Origin: Cyanidioschyzon merolae
Lineage: Eukaryota
Direction: 5' to 3' (one strand)
DNA: 64,000 nt
Assembly (NCBI GenBank): GCA_000091205.1
Contig: AP006502.2
The notes under the pieces were generated by a model. That model did no database searches. It worked only from the letters and a program-made list of their open reading frames with translations, and was not told the DNA's origin. A program made the position numbers and the translations under genes. Position 1 is the stretch's first letter. Each line of letters begins with the position of its first letter. Below, one piece after another: positions 23,401 through 34,272 of this stretch.

Positions 23401-26046
23401 AGTCTCCTAGCTCGGATCGACAGAGCCGAGCAAACGGAACGCAACCAGTTGCGTCTGGTATCATGTAGTCGACGCATCGCGGAGCCAGTTATAGGGGCGA
23501 GTATTCGGCAACTCGTGCGGGTGCCTTTGCGCTCAGCACCTGCGCTGCATCCAGTGGCCACGCTGGAGCGCCTTGTTGACCGAGCGTTAGCGCAGGCGTT
23601 GCCGTTTACGCTGGTGGTGCATCGCGCGATCGCACCGGTGCCGCAGCTCGTAAGCAAGGCAGCTTTTCGTTACCAGAGACGAACAGCTTGTGGGACCACA
23701 TCACCGCCTCTAGCGTATTTGTTCGGTTTGTGGCGACCGTTGGCGATTCGTCAGCAACTGCGCTTCCCGGATGCGCGGCTGCTGCAGTGGGACTGCGGGA
23801 AACTCCAGCGCCTTGCTGTCCTGTTGAGAGAACTGGAACAAAAAGGGCATCGAGTGCTCATATTTACTCAAATGGTACGAATGCTCGATATTCTTGAACA
23901 ATTTCTCTGCCTGCATCGCTTTGCCTACATTCGCATGGACGGGAGCACGCCCACGGGTTTGCGTCTACGCCTCTGTGAGCGTTTCAACAACGATCGGCGC
24001 TATCTGGTGTTTCTCTCCACTACGCGTAGCGGAGGTGTCGGCTTGAACCTCACCGGTGCCGATACGGTGCTCTTCTACGACTCGGACTGGAACCCCACGG
24101 TTGATGCGCAGGCCCAAGACCGCTGTCATCGCATCGGACAGGATCGGCCGGTGCGAATCTACCGGCTCGTGACGGAAGGCACCGTGGAGGCTCCGATACT
24201 TCGTCGAGCGCTGCAGAAGCAACGCCTGGAACAACTGGTACTCGCGGATGGTCTCTTCACGACCGAGGTATTGCAGCGGGTCCATCCACTGGAACTGATC
24301 GAGGGAGGTCCGGCGCCGCCTCCTGTGCACCCGAATCCATACGGAGGACTGGAGGCGTGCGGCCTCACCGAGCAGGAGTACATACAGCTAGAGCGCACGA
24401 TACTCGAGGCTGAGGACGACGAGGAGCGACGGATGCGCCAGGCCATGGAGTTGGCAGCGTCTGCTGACGCCAGTCTGGATGCAGTGGACTTTGCCGAAAC
24501 GCCCGCCATGGCCGCTACTCGTACGGACAAGCCCGCTGGGGACACTTCGACCTGGTGGCCTGTTTGGCACACTGCGTGGCGAATCGCGCAGCATCTCGGA
24601 GGACCTGTGGCAGCAGCAGCAGCAGTAGCATGGGATACAAGGCAGGCACCGGAACGTGTTGCCAACACGAACGACTCCAACCTCGACGAAGGTGCTGCAA
24701 ACACATCTTTGAATGATGAAGCCGATCAGAACAGTGCAGCGCTACCTTTGGTGTATCCACCTGTTCCGGATCCGAACAGTTCGGGAACAAAAAACGGATC
24801 CGGGGGTCTCGACTGGCGGCGTACGACTCGCGCGTACCATAGCGAGAAGCGTAGCGGCGACACGGCGGCGGCGCTGGTGATGGTGTACGGGCCGCCCGTC
24901 GAGACCCCCGTTGATTTGATCCTCGACCCCGAGGCTGGCACCGAAGACGCGGCGTTTTTTATTCACTGCTATTGGCGAATGGCGCATTCTGGAGCCCCAA
25001 CTGCGCTCCAGCGCGGACGAGTAAGTGACGTGCAGCAAATCGCTTCGCATCTGCGCAACGACGACGCATTTGTCGATTCATTGACTGCTGGCTTGGGGGC
25101 AGCAGCAGCAACAACAACAACAACAACAACTACGACTACTACACGAGTACCTGTTGCAGAAGCGCGTAACGCTGTCGATCGCATTCGGGCCCCCGAGGCG
25201 ACTGCGACTGCCAAATCCGGAGCTCGTGCCGACTCGAGTACCATGCGGACATTGCCGCTAGGCCCAACACGCCAGGTCTATGTGAACCTACAGGCCTGGT
25301 TACGTCATCGAGTGCAGTGGTCGTTCCAGGAAGATGCCGCGCTGCTCCAGGCGTGGCAGCGCTACGGCTCCAATCCTCGACTGTTGGGGGATATCCTCCA
25401 TGCGCAAGCAAGCGTCCGTCTTGGTCTATTGCACCGTCGTACGGTCAGAGAGATTGAGGAGCGGCTGCAGCTCTTGCTTGCGAAGAAGATTACAGAACCG
25501 AGTGCCTTAGCGCAGTGGCATGAGGCCGTCTCGCAGACGCGAGCGACCTCGATGCGAAAACACCATCGTCGCTCGATTCAGCTGGCCCAGCGTCGCGTGC
25601 TGGGCATGCGAGCTCGCTTGGACACCAAGCGAGTGCTCCGAACGTCACGCGGGGACGCTGGAAACAACGCTTTTCTGGACCCGGACAGGGCACGCGAGGC
25701 ATCCCCGCGAACGGTGACAGCAGACCGCGCAGCAGCGAAACGCGACGCTCTTCCAAAGCGTACGCAAACAAACGAGGGAGCCCGAACCCCCGCTGATGCT
25801 GTTCCTGGAGCGGTGGCACCAGCTCCTGCCCAAGTCATGGATCCGCGAGTGTTGGTTCCACCGCCGGGCACCAGCGGCTGCGGCACTGCAGAGGCAACGG
25901 CCGCTGGGAGCCTTGTCCATCGCCCGGGGGTGAAACTCGAAGAGGAACTTCGTCGGAGGCGTCCTTTTCGTCGCTACATTGCCAGACTGGGTCCGCTGCT
26001 TGGTTTCGAGTTGCGAACCTCGAATCGGGGCCTCGACAACGACTAA
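20491..26046 (+). CDS. SWR1: SWR1/SRCAP/p400-type SNF2-family chromatin-remodelling ATPase (HSA domain, split helicase, C-terminal SANT-like region)
   Basis: 1851 aa. HSA-like block ([39 protein letters not shown]); SNF2 N-lobe ([77 protein letters not shown]); long SWR1-type insertion; helicase C-lobe ([62 protein letters not shown]); SANT/Myb-like [19 protein letters not shown]. Contains a poly-Thr tract from a CAA/ACA microsatellite. Confidence 0.88.
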   Translation: [1851 protein letters not shown]

Positions 26047-26502
26047 GGTTCTAAATCGCGATGTGTGCAGGTTCTAAGGTGCGTTTCGTTCACGAACGAG
26101 CTCCAGGGAAGCGCAGCTCGGGCATGTAATGGTATTGATGTTAGGTGCGGTGGCGTGGGGTTGCATAGCGACCCGCGCTGCTGACGTCATTGCCGGCTGC
26201 TGGACGGGATGTTGTGGCGCATGCCCCTGAAGCCTTCGCAATGCCTTTCGGTCGTGAAGACGCTGGTCTAGTTTCTCGGGTTCATCTGGGGAGGACAGAG
26301 CGCCTGAATCCCTGGAAACCGGACGTTGAGCATGTGCTCATCGTGGGTGTTGCGGCTATCGGCTGCATGGAGACAGGAAGTGCGGTCGCGGTCGTGTAAT
26401 GTATCGCTGCGAGAACACGTTAGAACACGTGCTGTTTTACCGCGAACAAGCTGCAGTCTCCGTGTTCCGCCGATTATGGATGTTGGTATGGAACCTTGGT
26501 AT

Positions 26503-26814
26503 CTAGAGTGCGCCCCCGAGTCCCTGTAAGCGGAGGTTTCCGCGGAGGATCGCTAGACCCACGTCAGAATAGAATGGAACAAGTACATGAACACTGGCGT
26601 TCTTGCCAATGTTCTGCATACTCTTCCCACGTTTATCAACAGAAGCATTTGTGGCATTTATCTGCGACTGCTTCCTCGTACTTTCTTTGATCGCCGGCAG
26701 CAAATACGCCGTGTTCTGCTTTCTCTCACGCTTCATTGTCAGCAATTGGAGGGTGTTCATAGCGGCACTGAAGTCCCGGTAACGCTTTTGCGGGCTGATT
26801 TCGACAACATCCAT
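26503..26814 (-). CDS. Possible signal recognition particle SRP14-like protein (C-terminal part)
   Basis: MDVVEISPQKRYRDFSAAMNTLQLLTMKRERKQN resembles the SRP14 C-terminal region (…STVVSSKEVNKFQMAYSNLLRANMDGLKKRDKKNK). The N-terminal half is not recovered in frame; an intron or frameshift would be required. Confidence 0.25.
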   Translation of the reverse strand: MDVVEISPQKRYRDFSAAMNTLQLLTMKRERKQNTAYLLPAIKESTRKQSQINATNASVDKRGKSMQNIGKNASVHVLVPFYSDVGLAILRGNLRLQGLGGAL

Positions 26815-27753
26815 GTAGGCGAGGTTGTAGCGATCTCCGTATCGCTTGCCATTTTCATCTTCCTGCTAGATAACATCGACGCGCAATGCGTAGCGGTGAC
26901 ACGGGCATGTAAGGCCGGTATTCCCGAGTATCCACCACATATTCACCTCCGAAGGCCGGGCAATGACGCTTCAAGACTTGCCTCATTGTTCGGTGCGTGC
27001 GCCGAACGAGTGCAGAAGGCTTCCGCCGATGCCCTCTCGAGTTCGCATGGCGAGTGCAGTACCGCAGGATCACGGGCTTGTCATGGTCGATGCCCTGGAC
27101 AAATTCACCGTCTGCTGCGAGCGCTCCCGTACTCTGTTCCATTCGATCAAGAATCAGTGGAACGCGATGCTGTCCATGGTAGACCAGGTACAGGGAGAAA
27201 ACTCCAGACTAACGAACAAGCCGCGATCATTCGTTCTCTTAACACTCCTCTCCTGCAAATCGATGGTACTCCTCCCAGTGCGTTACGATCGCTGCGATGA
27301 CTCAGGTCCGAGCACGAGACTCTTTTCCATGGAAACCGAAGCAAGGGGAGCCTCTCGGAACACATCCCGTCACAGGTATCATGCTGCTGTGCAAAAGTCG
27401 TTTCATCGATCACCGTAAAACGATTCGGACTTGTGATTCGATTGCATTCGATGATTTGACGTGAAAAGTTGCGTGCACTTTCAGCGTGCGCACGTATGAA
27501 CTTGTCGTCAAAACACGAAATCGAGTTTTCGTTTCCGCGTCAGTCCAGCTGCGCGAATTGCCTCGCCAACGAGCTCAAACATAAAAATAGTCGAAATCTT
27601 GAAGAATGCATGATTGGAGGAGGCTGCATTTTGGGAAACGTAACGAGAGGACCCTTGTTCGTATGATCAGAATTATGATGTCGTCTATTTTACGAACGCT
27701 CGATCTGCTTGTATCCAGGTGATGTCCATCGATACGCCTTGCTTGTCCGATCG

Positions 27754-29199
27754 CTATAACCGACGAGCATCCTCGAAAATTGCCTTGAACATATAGGCTC
27801 GGCTCAGAAGCGTGCTGAGATCCTGTTCTGTCCACGATCGGGTCGGCAGATTCTGAAGAAAGAGTACGAGATCGGGGAATGTCAGGCGCACAAGATCCAA
27901 CGAAAAACGCTCCAAAAGTGCAGCGCATACATACACGTGGAACGCGGCAAATGTGCCGCGTTCACTCAGATACGCATCCCAGAGTCGAAGGGTAATCGGA
28001 AGCGGAAACTCGCGAACCAAGAGACAATTCATCCAACGGAATGCAAACTGCATAAAGGTTACCTGCTCTTTGGCTAAGTGCGCACACAGTGAAGCATCAA
28101 TGCGTTGCATGATGCGTTCGAGTAGCGCCACTCGACGCTGAATACCAGGTTGCCCGAATACATACTGATCTTGCAGTGCTTCGAGAAGTGTGCTCAAGCA
28201 CCAGTAGGTATCCGCTTCAACCTCGCGCAGCAGCGGCTCCGCATCTTCCGGAAGCGTGGTGCGATCGAGTTGGCTAAACTCTGGAGCCTGGTCCGCGTAA
28301 AAGACGTACAACAGTGGTACCAGGATGTCATTGAGGCCTTGTACATAACCGGCGGCGGGATGTCGCACGGACCACAAGTGTAGGATCCGCGTCATTGCCT
28401 GTTGTACGGCTCCGGTGTGGAAGAGCGGAAATTCGGGTGCGGTACGCGGCACGTCGAGGTCGATCTGACGCTTACGAGCCCAGTCTTCTGAGGACAGGCG
28501 ATTACCGAGTCTGGGATCAGTGACTAGCCCGAGTTCAGCAACTGCTTGCCAGTACTGGTCGCGTTTGCGGCTGACGCTCCGGAGAAGACGCGAAGGTTGC
28601 GGCGGGCAGTAGTCCAGCAGCACCTTCCACGCAAGGGCCCGTTGCGCACCAGGCACGCCGCTCCAGGCAAGTTGTTCGAGGAGCCCGCGATCGACAGCGC
28701 TGATCCTGCTCAGTTCTGCAGCATCTCCTCGTCTCCAGGCCTGGCGAATCGCGTCCAGTTGTGTCCAGAGTGTGGTGGAGGCCTTCGAACCCACGCCCTC
28801 AGCGTCTTCGGTTTCCAGCGCGACTGCTGGCGCTGTTGCTGGCTTTGTCACAAGTGCTGCGCTGCCCCTTTTCAAACCAGCGTCTGTGGAAGCTTCTCGT
28901 TTGTTTTCGGCGAGCAACGGACCCTGGCACAAGGCCTGAACCGCCGTGCCGACTCGCGAACAGTGCGTTGTCGGCGCAGCGTCCGCTGAGGTTGCAGTCG
29001 TGTTATGAGGTGCGCTATCAGCGGTGATACCGCCTTGTTGCGCTTCCCATTCGCTGAACTGTGGTACGAGCTCACCTAAGCAGTCACCTGGTGCCCCAGA
29101 GAGCGAGCGAATAGACCACCAAACCGTGTTCAGCGCTCTCGAGTCCATGCAGTTCGCGGCTGCTCCAGCGTATGTGTCCAAGTTGTCGCTCAGTACCAC
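27754..29199 (-). CDS. TBC-domain Rab GTPase-activating protein
   Basis: 481 aa. Arg-finger motif IDLDVPRT and Gln-finger motif YVQGLNDILVPLL (IxxDxxR / YxQ dual-finger TBC signature); helical domain downstream. Confidence 0.8.
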   Translation of the reverse strand: MVLSDNLDTYAGAAANCMDSRALNTVWWSIRSLSGAPGDCLGELVPQFSEWEAQQGGITADSAPHNTTATSADAAPTTHCSRVGTAVQALCQGPLLAENKREASTDAGLKRGSAALVTKPATAPAVALETEDAEGVGSKASTTLWTQLDAIRQAWRRGDAAELSRISAVDRGLLEQLAWSGVPGAQRALAWKVLLDYCPPQPSRLLRSVSRKRDQYWQAVAELGLVTDPRLGNRLSSEDWARKRQIDLDVPRTAPEFPLFHTGAVQQAMTRILHLWSVRHPAAGYVQGLNDILVPLLYVFYADQAPEFSQLDRTTLPEDAEPLLREVEADTYWCLSTLLEALQDQYVFGQPGIQRRVALLERIMQRIDASLCAHLAKEQVTFMQFAFRWMNCLLVREFPLPITLRLWDAYLSERGTFAAFHVYVCAALLERFSLDLVRLTFPDLVLFLQNLPTRSWTEQDLSTLLSRAYMFKAIFEDARRL

Positions 29200-29486
29200 G
29201 CAGATAACTATGGTATTCGTAACTGTGGCAGCTGCGTCATCGGACGCCTGTCACGCTCTCGTTCAGGTCAGTGGGCAAACAACACCCATATCGAGACCGC
29301 AGCTCTATGCCACGTCCTGGACTAGGGAGAACGCTTCCAGGCTTTGCCTCGGAGCGACGATCGCTGCTGGCGTATGTGTCATTGGCATTGACTTTCTCTA
29401 GGCTTCTGTCGTTGCCGTTGTCGTCGAACAGAGACGATCGTGACCCGCTTATAAGGTGCTCCTGCAACTTTGCGGAAGCTTTCGGC

Positions 29487-29756
29487 ATGCAAGGGAGAAA
29501 ATGTGTGATTAAGTCTGTGGATATGCCAGAAGATCGGCAGCAGTTTGCCGTAGAGACTGCGACAAAGGCCATCGAGAACTATCAGGTGGAGAAGGACGTG
29601 GCGGCAGCTATAAAGAAAGAGTTTGACGCCAAGTACGGACCTACCTGGCACTGTATCGTCGGACGAAACTTTGGCTCGTACGTCACGCATGAAACCGGGT
29701 GTTTCATATACTTTTACCTGGACCAAATCGCGGTGCTTCTTTTCAAGTCCGGGTAG
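29487..29756 (+). CDS. DYNLL: Dynein light chain LC8
   Basis: 89 aa from the internal ATG of ORF 29271-29756: [89 protein letters not shown]. Near-identical to LC8 along the full length. Confidence 0.92.
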   Translation: MQGRKCVIKSVDMPEDRQQFAVETATKAIENYQVEKDVAAAIKKEFDAKYGPTWHCIVGRNFGSYVTHETGCFIYFYLDQIAVLLFKSG

Positions 29757-30849
29757 TGACGGGAGGGCGCGAGACGTTTGCCCGGGTCGAGCACTTGAAA
29801 GGATAACCCGCTGGTAAACGCTTTTATCAGTGCAAGCCAAACTGTTGCTACATCGTAGGTTCACTCGTAGTTTTTGCAGGGGAAGCGCCAGAAAAATGCC
29901 GATGGGGCAGCTGTAAGGCGCACAAGCACGCTTTTTTTTTGGCGGGAGCGGAGCACTTGACACGATGCAGCTACTGCTGCCGCAGTCTGCCGCAGTCAGC
30001 AACATATCGAAAAAAAGCATGGCGTTGTGCTCTGCCAACCAGGCGTAAGCAGTGTCGGAGAAGGCGCGAAGCGAACAGCGCCTCATCATCCTGGGCTGTA
30101 CACTGAAAGTCGAATAAACACGAGGCTGCTGCGAAGCAGCCTGTATCCCATTTAGGCCAGTATCGTGCGCTTCCCGCATGTTGCGTTTTCGATGCCCAGC
30201 TGCGCTCATCGCTGTCGACTTTCTCGGGAGAAAGGCATACGGTTCGTGTTTCAAAGTGGAGTTTCGATACCGAACGCGGCTCTACGGTCGTCGCCTGAAC
30301 CTAGCTCTAATGTTCCACGTCCTTGTGACGTACACATCGGATAGTCTCGTGGCGATACGCTGTCGCTTGATACACGTCCGTTGACGAAACGGATTCCAGG
30401 AATGCGACGTTTTCAACGCTCCGTGTATTCGTTTCGCATACGCTGTCCGTTACTTCACACCATCCATCTTTTGACAAAGCATGTCGCCAATGCGCGTCAA
30501 CGGAAGGCGGTCGCTTCTACCAGCTTGCTGGGCCATGGTTCAAAGCTTTTGCCTCAAATTGTGTTGGGGTGTTTTCGGCTATCGAGGTTCGATTTAGCGA
30601 ACCAGAAGCTACGGAATGTGCGCACACTGACGCCATCAATGACCAGCGGACAGGCATCTGCTCCTTTGCTGACGCTACGAGGGTCTGCGATCACCAGTTT
30701 CGTACTCCGCTGAGCAGAGGGAGCTTGAGCGAGCGACACGCGTGCAGAGAACCCAAGCCACGGCCCTGCTCATACCTACCTGGACAGCCGCGATATCGAA
30801 GCGTCAGCGTTTACGTAGCGCCCCTGACCTGGAGGGCCCAGATCCATCC

Positions 30850-31620
30850 TCACGGGGGGTCTGCTGCGTCCCTCAATGAACCCCAGTGATGCACCTTGTT
30901 TCCAGTGTCATACAAATGATGAGCGCATCCAGCAGGTCCTGGCTCGATTCGCCAGCAGAAGTTTGCCTCCTTCATGGCCGGATACAGCGGTGGGCAGCGG
31001 TGCCCACTACGCCGCCAACCGTCCCGCCATGGACTCGATGGTATCGAGAACGTTTCCAGCTCCGAAATCTGGAGTGCTTGTGCAAGCGCTCCCGACACCA
31101 CCCCTGGTCGGAACGTACAACCGCGGAGTGGATCGAACTCATCCAAAGGAACGTACACGTCACCGAGACCACGTAGGCGACTCCAGAGACGCCACTCTTC
31201 GGTCAGAGATTCTGATAAAGGCGTTTGCGGTTCTTGCAAGCATTCCATCAATCGCTCATATGCGTCTCGAACAAAAGCGAGTGCTCCACTCGGTAAGCCT
31301 CGTTTATTCTCTAGGTACCTTCGCTTCGCTCGCCAGTGTGCAGGAACTGGTACAGTACCCTGTTCGCTCTTGATGCTCACCAGTGCGAAGGGCTCGGGAG
31401 CGCTGCAGTCCCAGGGCTCCACCACAAACGGGTACGGAACGTGTAGCTTGAGATCGATGACCCGCGGGCGGCAGGCTCGACGCAGTCGCCGACTGGCTCT
31501 CCCAGGGAGTGGTGGTGCGCTCGATCCAGCCTGGTGCTGCGTTGAAGGTTGCTCACGGAACCTTTCTTCTTGCTTATCATAGTGCGGCAGATCTTTCGCC
31601 AGGTCTGAATCTTCCACCAT
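30850..31620 (-). CDS. Hypothetical protein (no recognised domain)
   Basis: 256-aa ORF with coding-like composition, between two confidently called genes. No motif I can assign. Confidence 0.3.
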   Translation of the reverse strand: MVEDSDLAKDLPHYDKQEERFREQPSTQHQAGSSAPPLPGRASRRLRRACRPRVIDLKLHVPYPFVVEPWDCSAPEPFALVSIKSEQGTVPVPAHWRAKRRYLENKRGLPSGALAFVRDAYERLMECLQEPQTPLSESLTEEWRLWSRLRGLGDVYVPLDEFDPLRGCTFRPGVVSGALAQALQISELETFSIPSSPWRDGWRRSGHRCPPLYPAMKEANFCWRIEPGPAGCAHHLYDTGNKVHHWGSLRDAADPP

Positions 31621-32283
31621 TGCAAGTTCCGCAGACAGGGACGAAGCTGCTGCTGTCGGTGCTCGGGTTAACTTACGAGACGGCTTTGGCGTTTCTCCGA
31701 GAGGCTGGTATCACCTTCGCTTGCATTCAAGGGTGCATTGGAACTCACAAAATCCTTTTCTCGATACTTCCCCAAGTTGACAGCAGTGCTGACTGCCCAG
31801 AGCAACACGAGCAACAATAACGAAACAAGAACATGGCTTTTCGCTTGCTGCACCCGATAATCGCTCCGGGCATCCGCGGTCATTACACGTCCTTCGACAA
31901 CGCGTGCGTAGCGTTTACGAACCTTGCCTTCCGCTTTCTATTCGGTGCTGCAGAACGATCTGAGGACTTTTCACAGACTTTTTTGGACTAGACTTTTACT
32001 GATACTTCCAGTATCTCTGGAATCTTGCAGAACAAAGTGTGCAGGATAGGCCTGATCGAGCGCGAAACGCTCATACTCAGCGGGGGTGCTCGACCTCGGC
32101 ACTTGTCGTGCCGTGTTTCAGGAACACGCACGGGCGACGACTGCATCCGTTGTCTCGATAGGAGCGCTCTGCTCGGTTACTGTGAGAGAAACGGCGGCCC
32201 AGGGCGCGTTGCAACTGCATTCGTTTGAGAGCACGCACTCGCACGCGCATCCCTGGCGTGGGAGCGCGTCACCCTACCCAGCC

Positions 32284-32820
32284 ATGGTTTCGGTGCGACG
32301 TGCGACGCCCGCTGACCTCTTGGCCATGCAATACTGTAACTTGCAATGTCTCCCAGAGAACTACCAAATCAAGTACTACATGTACCACCTGCTGTCGTGG
32401 CCGCATTTACTCTACGTCGCAGAGGACCTAGACGGGAGCATTGTTGGGTATGTTCTTGCCAAAATGGAGGAAAGCCCCGGATCCACGGACGCGGGCTCCA
32501 GTTCAAACACAGCAGCGACCTCTGGGGCTGTTAAACCGGTGCGTCATGGTCACATCACTTCGCTGGCGGTGCAACGGTCTCATCGAAAACTCGGTATCGC
32601 GAAACGATTGATGTGTATCGCACATCAGGCAATGCGTGAGGAGTACAATGCTGCCTATGTATCGTTACATGTTCGGTTGAGCAACGTAGCTGCGCAGCAC
32701 TTGTACCGAGACTCGTTAGGCTATCAAATCCATACCACTGAGGTTCGTTACTATGCGGATGGTGAGGATGCGTACGATATGCGGTTGTGGTTCTGTTCTG
32801 ACTCGATCCCGAAAGCATGA
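32284..32820 (+). CDS. NAA10: N-alpha-acetyltransferase 10, NatA catalytic subunit (Ard1)
   Basis: Internal Met of ORF 32086-32820: [63 protein letters not shown]...[23 protein letters not shown]...[37 protein letters not shown]. Collinear with Naa10, including the GNAT acetyl-CoA motif. Confidence 0.88.
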   Translation: MVSVRRATPADLLAMQYCNLQCLPENYQIKYYMYHLLSWPHLLYVAEDLDGSIVGYVLAKMEESPGSTDAGSSSNTAATSGAVKPVRHGHITSLAVQRSHRKLGIAKRLMCIAHQAMREEYNAAYVSLHVRLSNVAAQHLYRDSLGYQIHTTEVRYYADGEDAYDMRLWFCSDSIPKA

Positions 32821-33494
32821 GTATTGAGCGCAATCAGTGCATGTTCAGGCAAGATTTGCAGCAAAGCAGCACCACTGGGGAACGAGCCGCTGTCCAACGC
32901 TTTGTGAATGCTTGATCAAACGCTTAAATGGCTCAACGAAATGTCGGTGCATGAAGCTGTAGGTGCAGTGTGCAGACCAGCGAGACTCGAAGGGGATTGT
33001 GGTGGCCTCAGTGCAGTTCGCACTCGCATGCGGGGACCCAGCGAGCCTCTATGGCCTTGGAGCAACTGGTACCAACTCTTTACCATCGAGAATCGTGTCG
33101 TTTTTGTTTTGGTGTTGATTTGGGAACCGGGTACCCGACATATTATCCATGTCTTATGCCTGGAGTAAACAAATTCAGAGCCCGCGTCTACGTAACCAGC
33201 CTAGTGCTACCCGAAAATTCTGACAAGCGTCTTTATCGTGTATCAAGAGTTTCCGCACGAGGTTTCCAATGCGCTTTCGGACGGAGAACCGAAGCGATAG
33301 GCGTTCTGGTAGCTGTCGCGGGGGCATCATCGACATATGCTGAAAGAATAGAAACTCTGCTCTGACTAGCAACTCGATAACAGTTTCGTTTGACCTTGAT
33401 TGTAAGCGCAGAAATGGGGAAAAGTTTCAGTATCTCGGAAAGTTTACCTTTTAGGCGGAAGGTCCCGCGAGCCGGACGAGTCTTCGGGGCTAGC

Positions 33495-33930
33495 TAGTGC
33501 TTCATGCTTCCTCCAGTGGCGGGTTCTTTAAAGAAACCTGAGCTACTCGTCCGTAACGCAATTCAATCTGGGACTAGGAGCGTGTATGCTGCGTCTGGGC
33601 GTCGCCCTGGTCGCAGTGGACGCCCAGTATATCGCACCGTGCCGCCGCAGGCAGTGCGTCTCTCTGCGCAGCTTCCAGGCTCCTAGAATGATTAAGTACT
33701 CCGACTCCGTGTCCGATGAACCACGCCTCGAGCCGACGCCCTCAGTGGTATGCCAAAGCCGTTCTGTCTCCGTGCAGCACCTGCTTCGGCGGTATATAAG
33801 CGCTACGGCGGGTGCTCAAAACAGCTAGTCGGCGCACTATAGAACATACGAAACGACCAGTATATCAGAGAGCATGTATGGGTGATAGAACTTGAAGGTA
33901 GATGCTTCATGATGGACGCTTTCCCGAAAG
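33495..33930. repeat. Dispersed ~435-bp repeat family, copy 1 (partner 45250-45685)
   Basis: Shared blocks: gctactcgtccg.a..gca.ttca.tctgggac; cccagtatatcgc; ccgcaggca; gaatgat..gtactccgac.ccgt.tc; gccgttctgtct.cgtgc; acgaaacgac.a.tatatc.gaga; gatgcttca. Roughly 75-80% identity by eye. The short ORFs 33586-33828 and 45340-45540 are homologous translations of this repeat. Confidence 0.6.
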
Positions 33931-34272
33931 CCATTATCCTTTCCGAATCCTCGGATCCATGGTCAGTCTAAACATTCTCTCATCTGAAAAGAATTCGACA
34001 TACGCTGTGTAAATGTTCAAAGCGAGCACCATATGAACTGGAACGCTACCAATGGCTAGAACGTGTGTCGAAGGAGACCTATTCATCCCGAGGAAGGTCT
34101 CGTGGGGTCTTCTCGGGCGCTCCGGCGCACGCGCCAAGCAAATTTCGAACCTCCGCTTGTGCTTATACAAGCATGGGAGACAAGCACTTCATGAACACCA
34201 CCATGACGAAGCTTTACCGCTACTAAACGAAAGTAGACTGGTTAAACTTGACGAAAGCGTTCAGGTTCCTTT

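Noticed and set aside
25100-25140. (CAA/ACA)n microsatellite producing a poly-Thr run inside the SWR1-type ATPase; similar (CAA)n at 58290-58320
   Set aside because: In-frame coding microsatellites are common in low-complexity linkers; not judged functionally notable.
20774-25920. Numerous 60-180-aa ORFs on both strands inside the SWR1-type ATPase gene
   Set aside because: All are overlapped by the 1851-aa ORF with unambiguous SNF2 motifs; they are alternative-frame artefacts in GC-rich coding DNA.
26587-27300. 237-aa plus-strand ORF
   Set aside because: No motifs and odd composition; the opposite strand carries a more plausible SRP14-like segment (26503-26814). Regarded as non-coding or antisense.
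29379-30254. 291-aa ORF on the minus strand
   Set aside because: Lies antisense across the strongly supported LC8 dynein light chain gene and its flank, with no motifs; a GC-rich antisense open frame.
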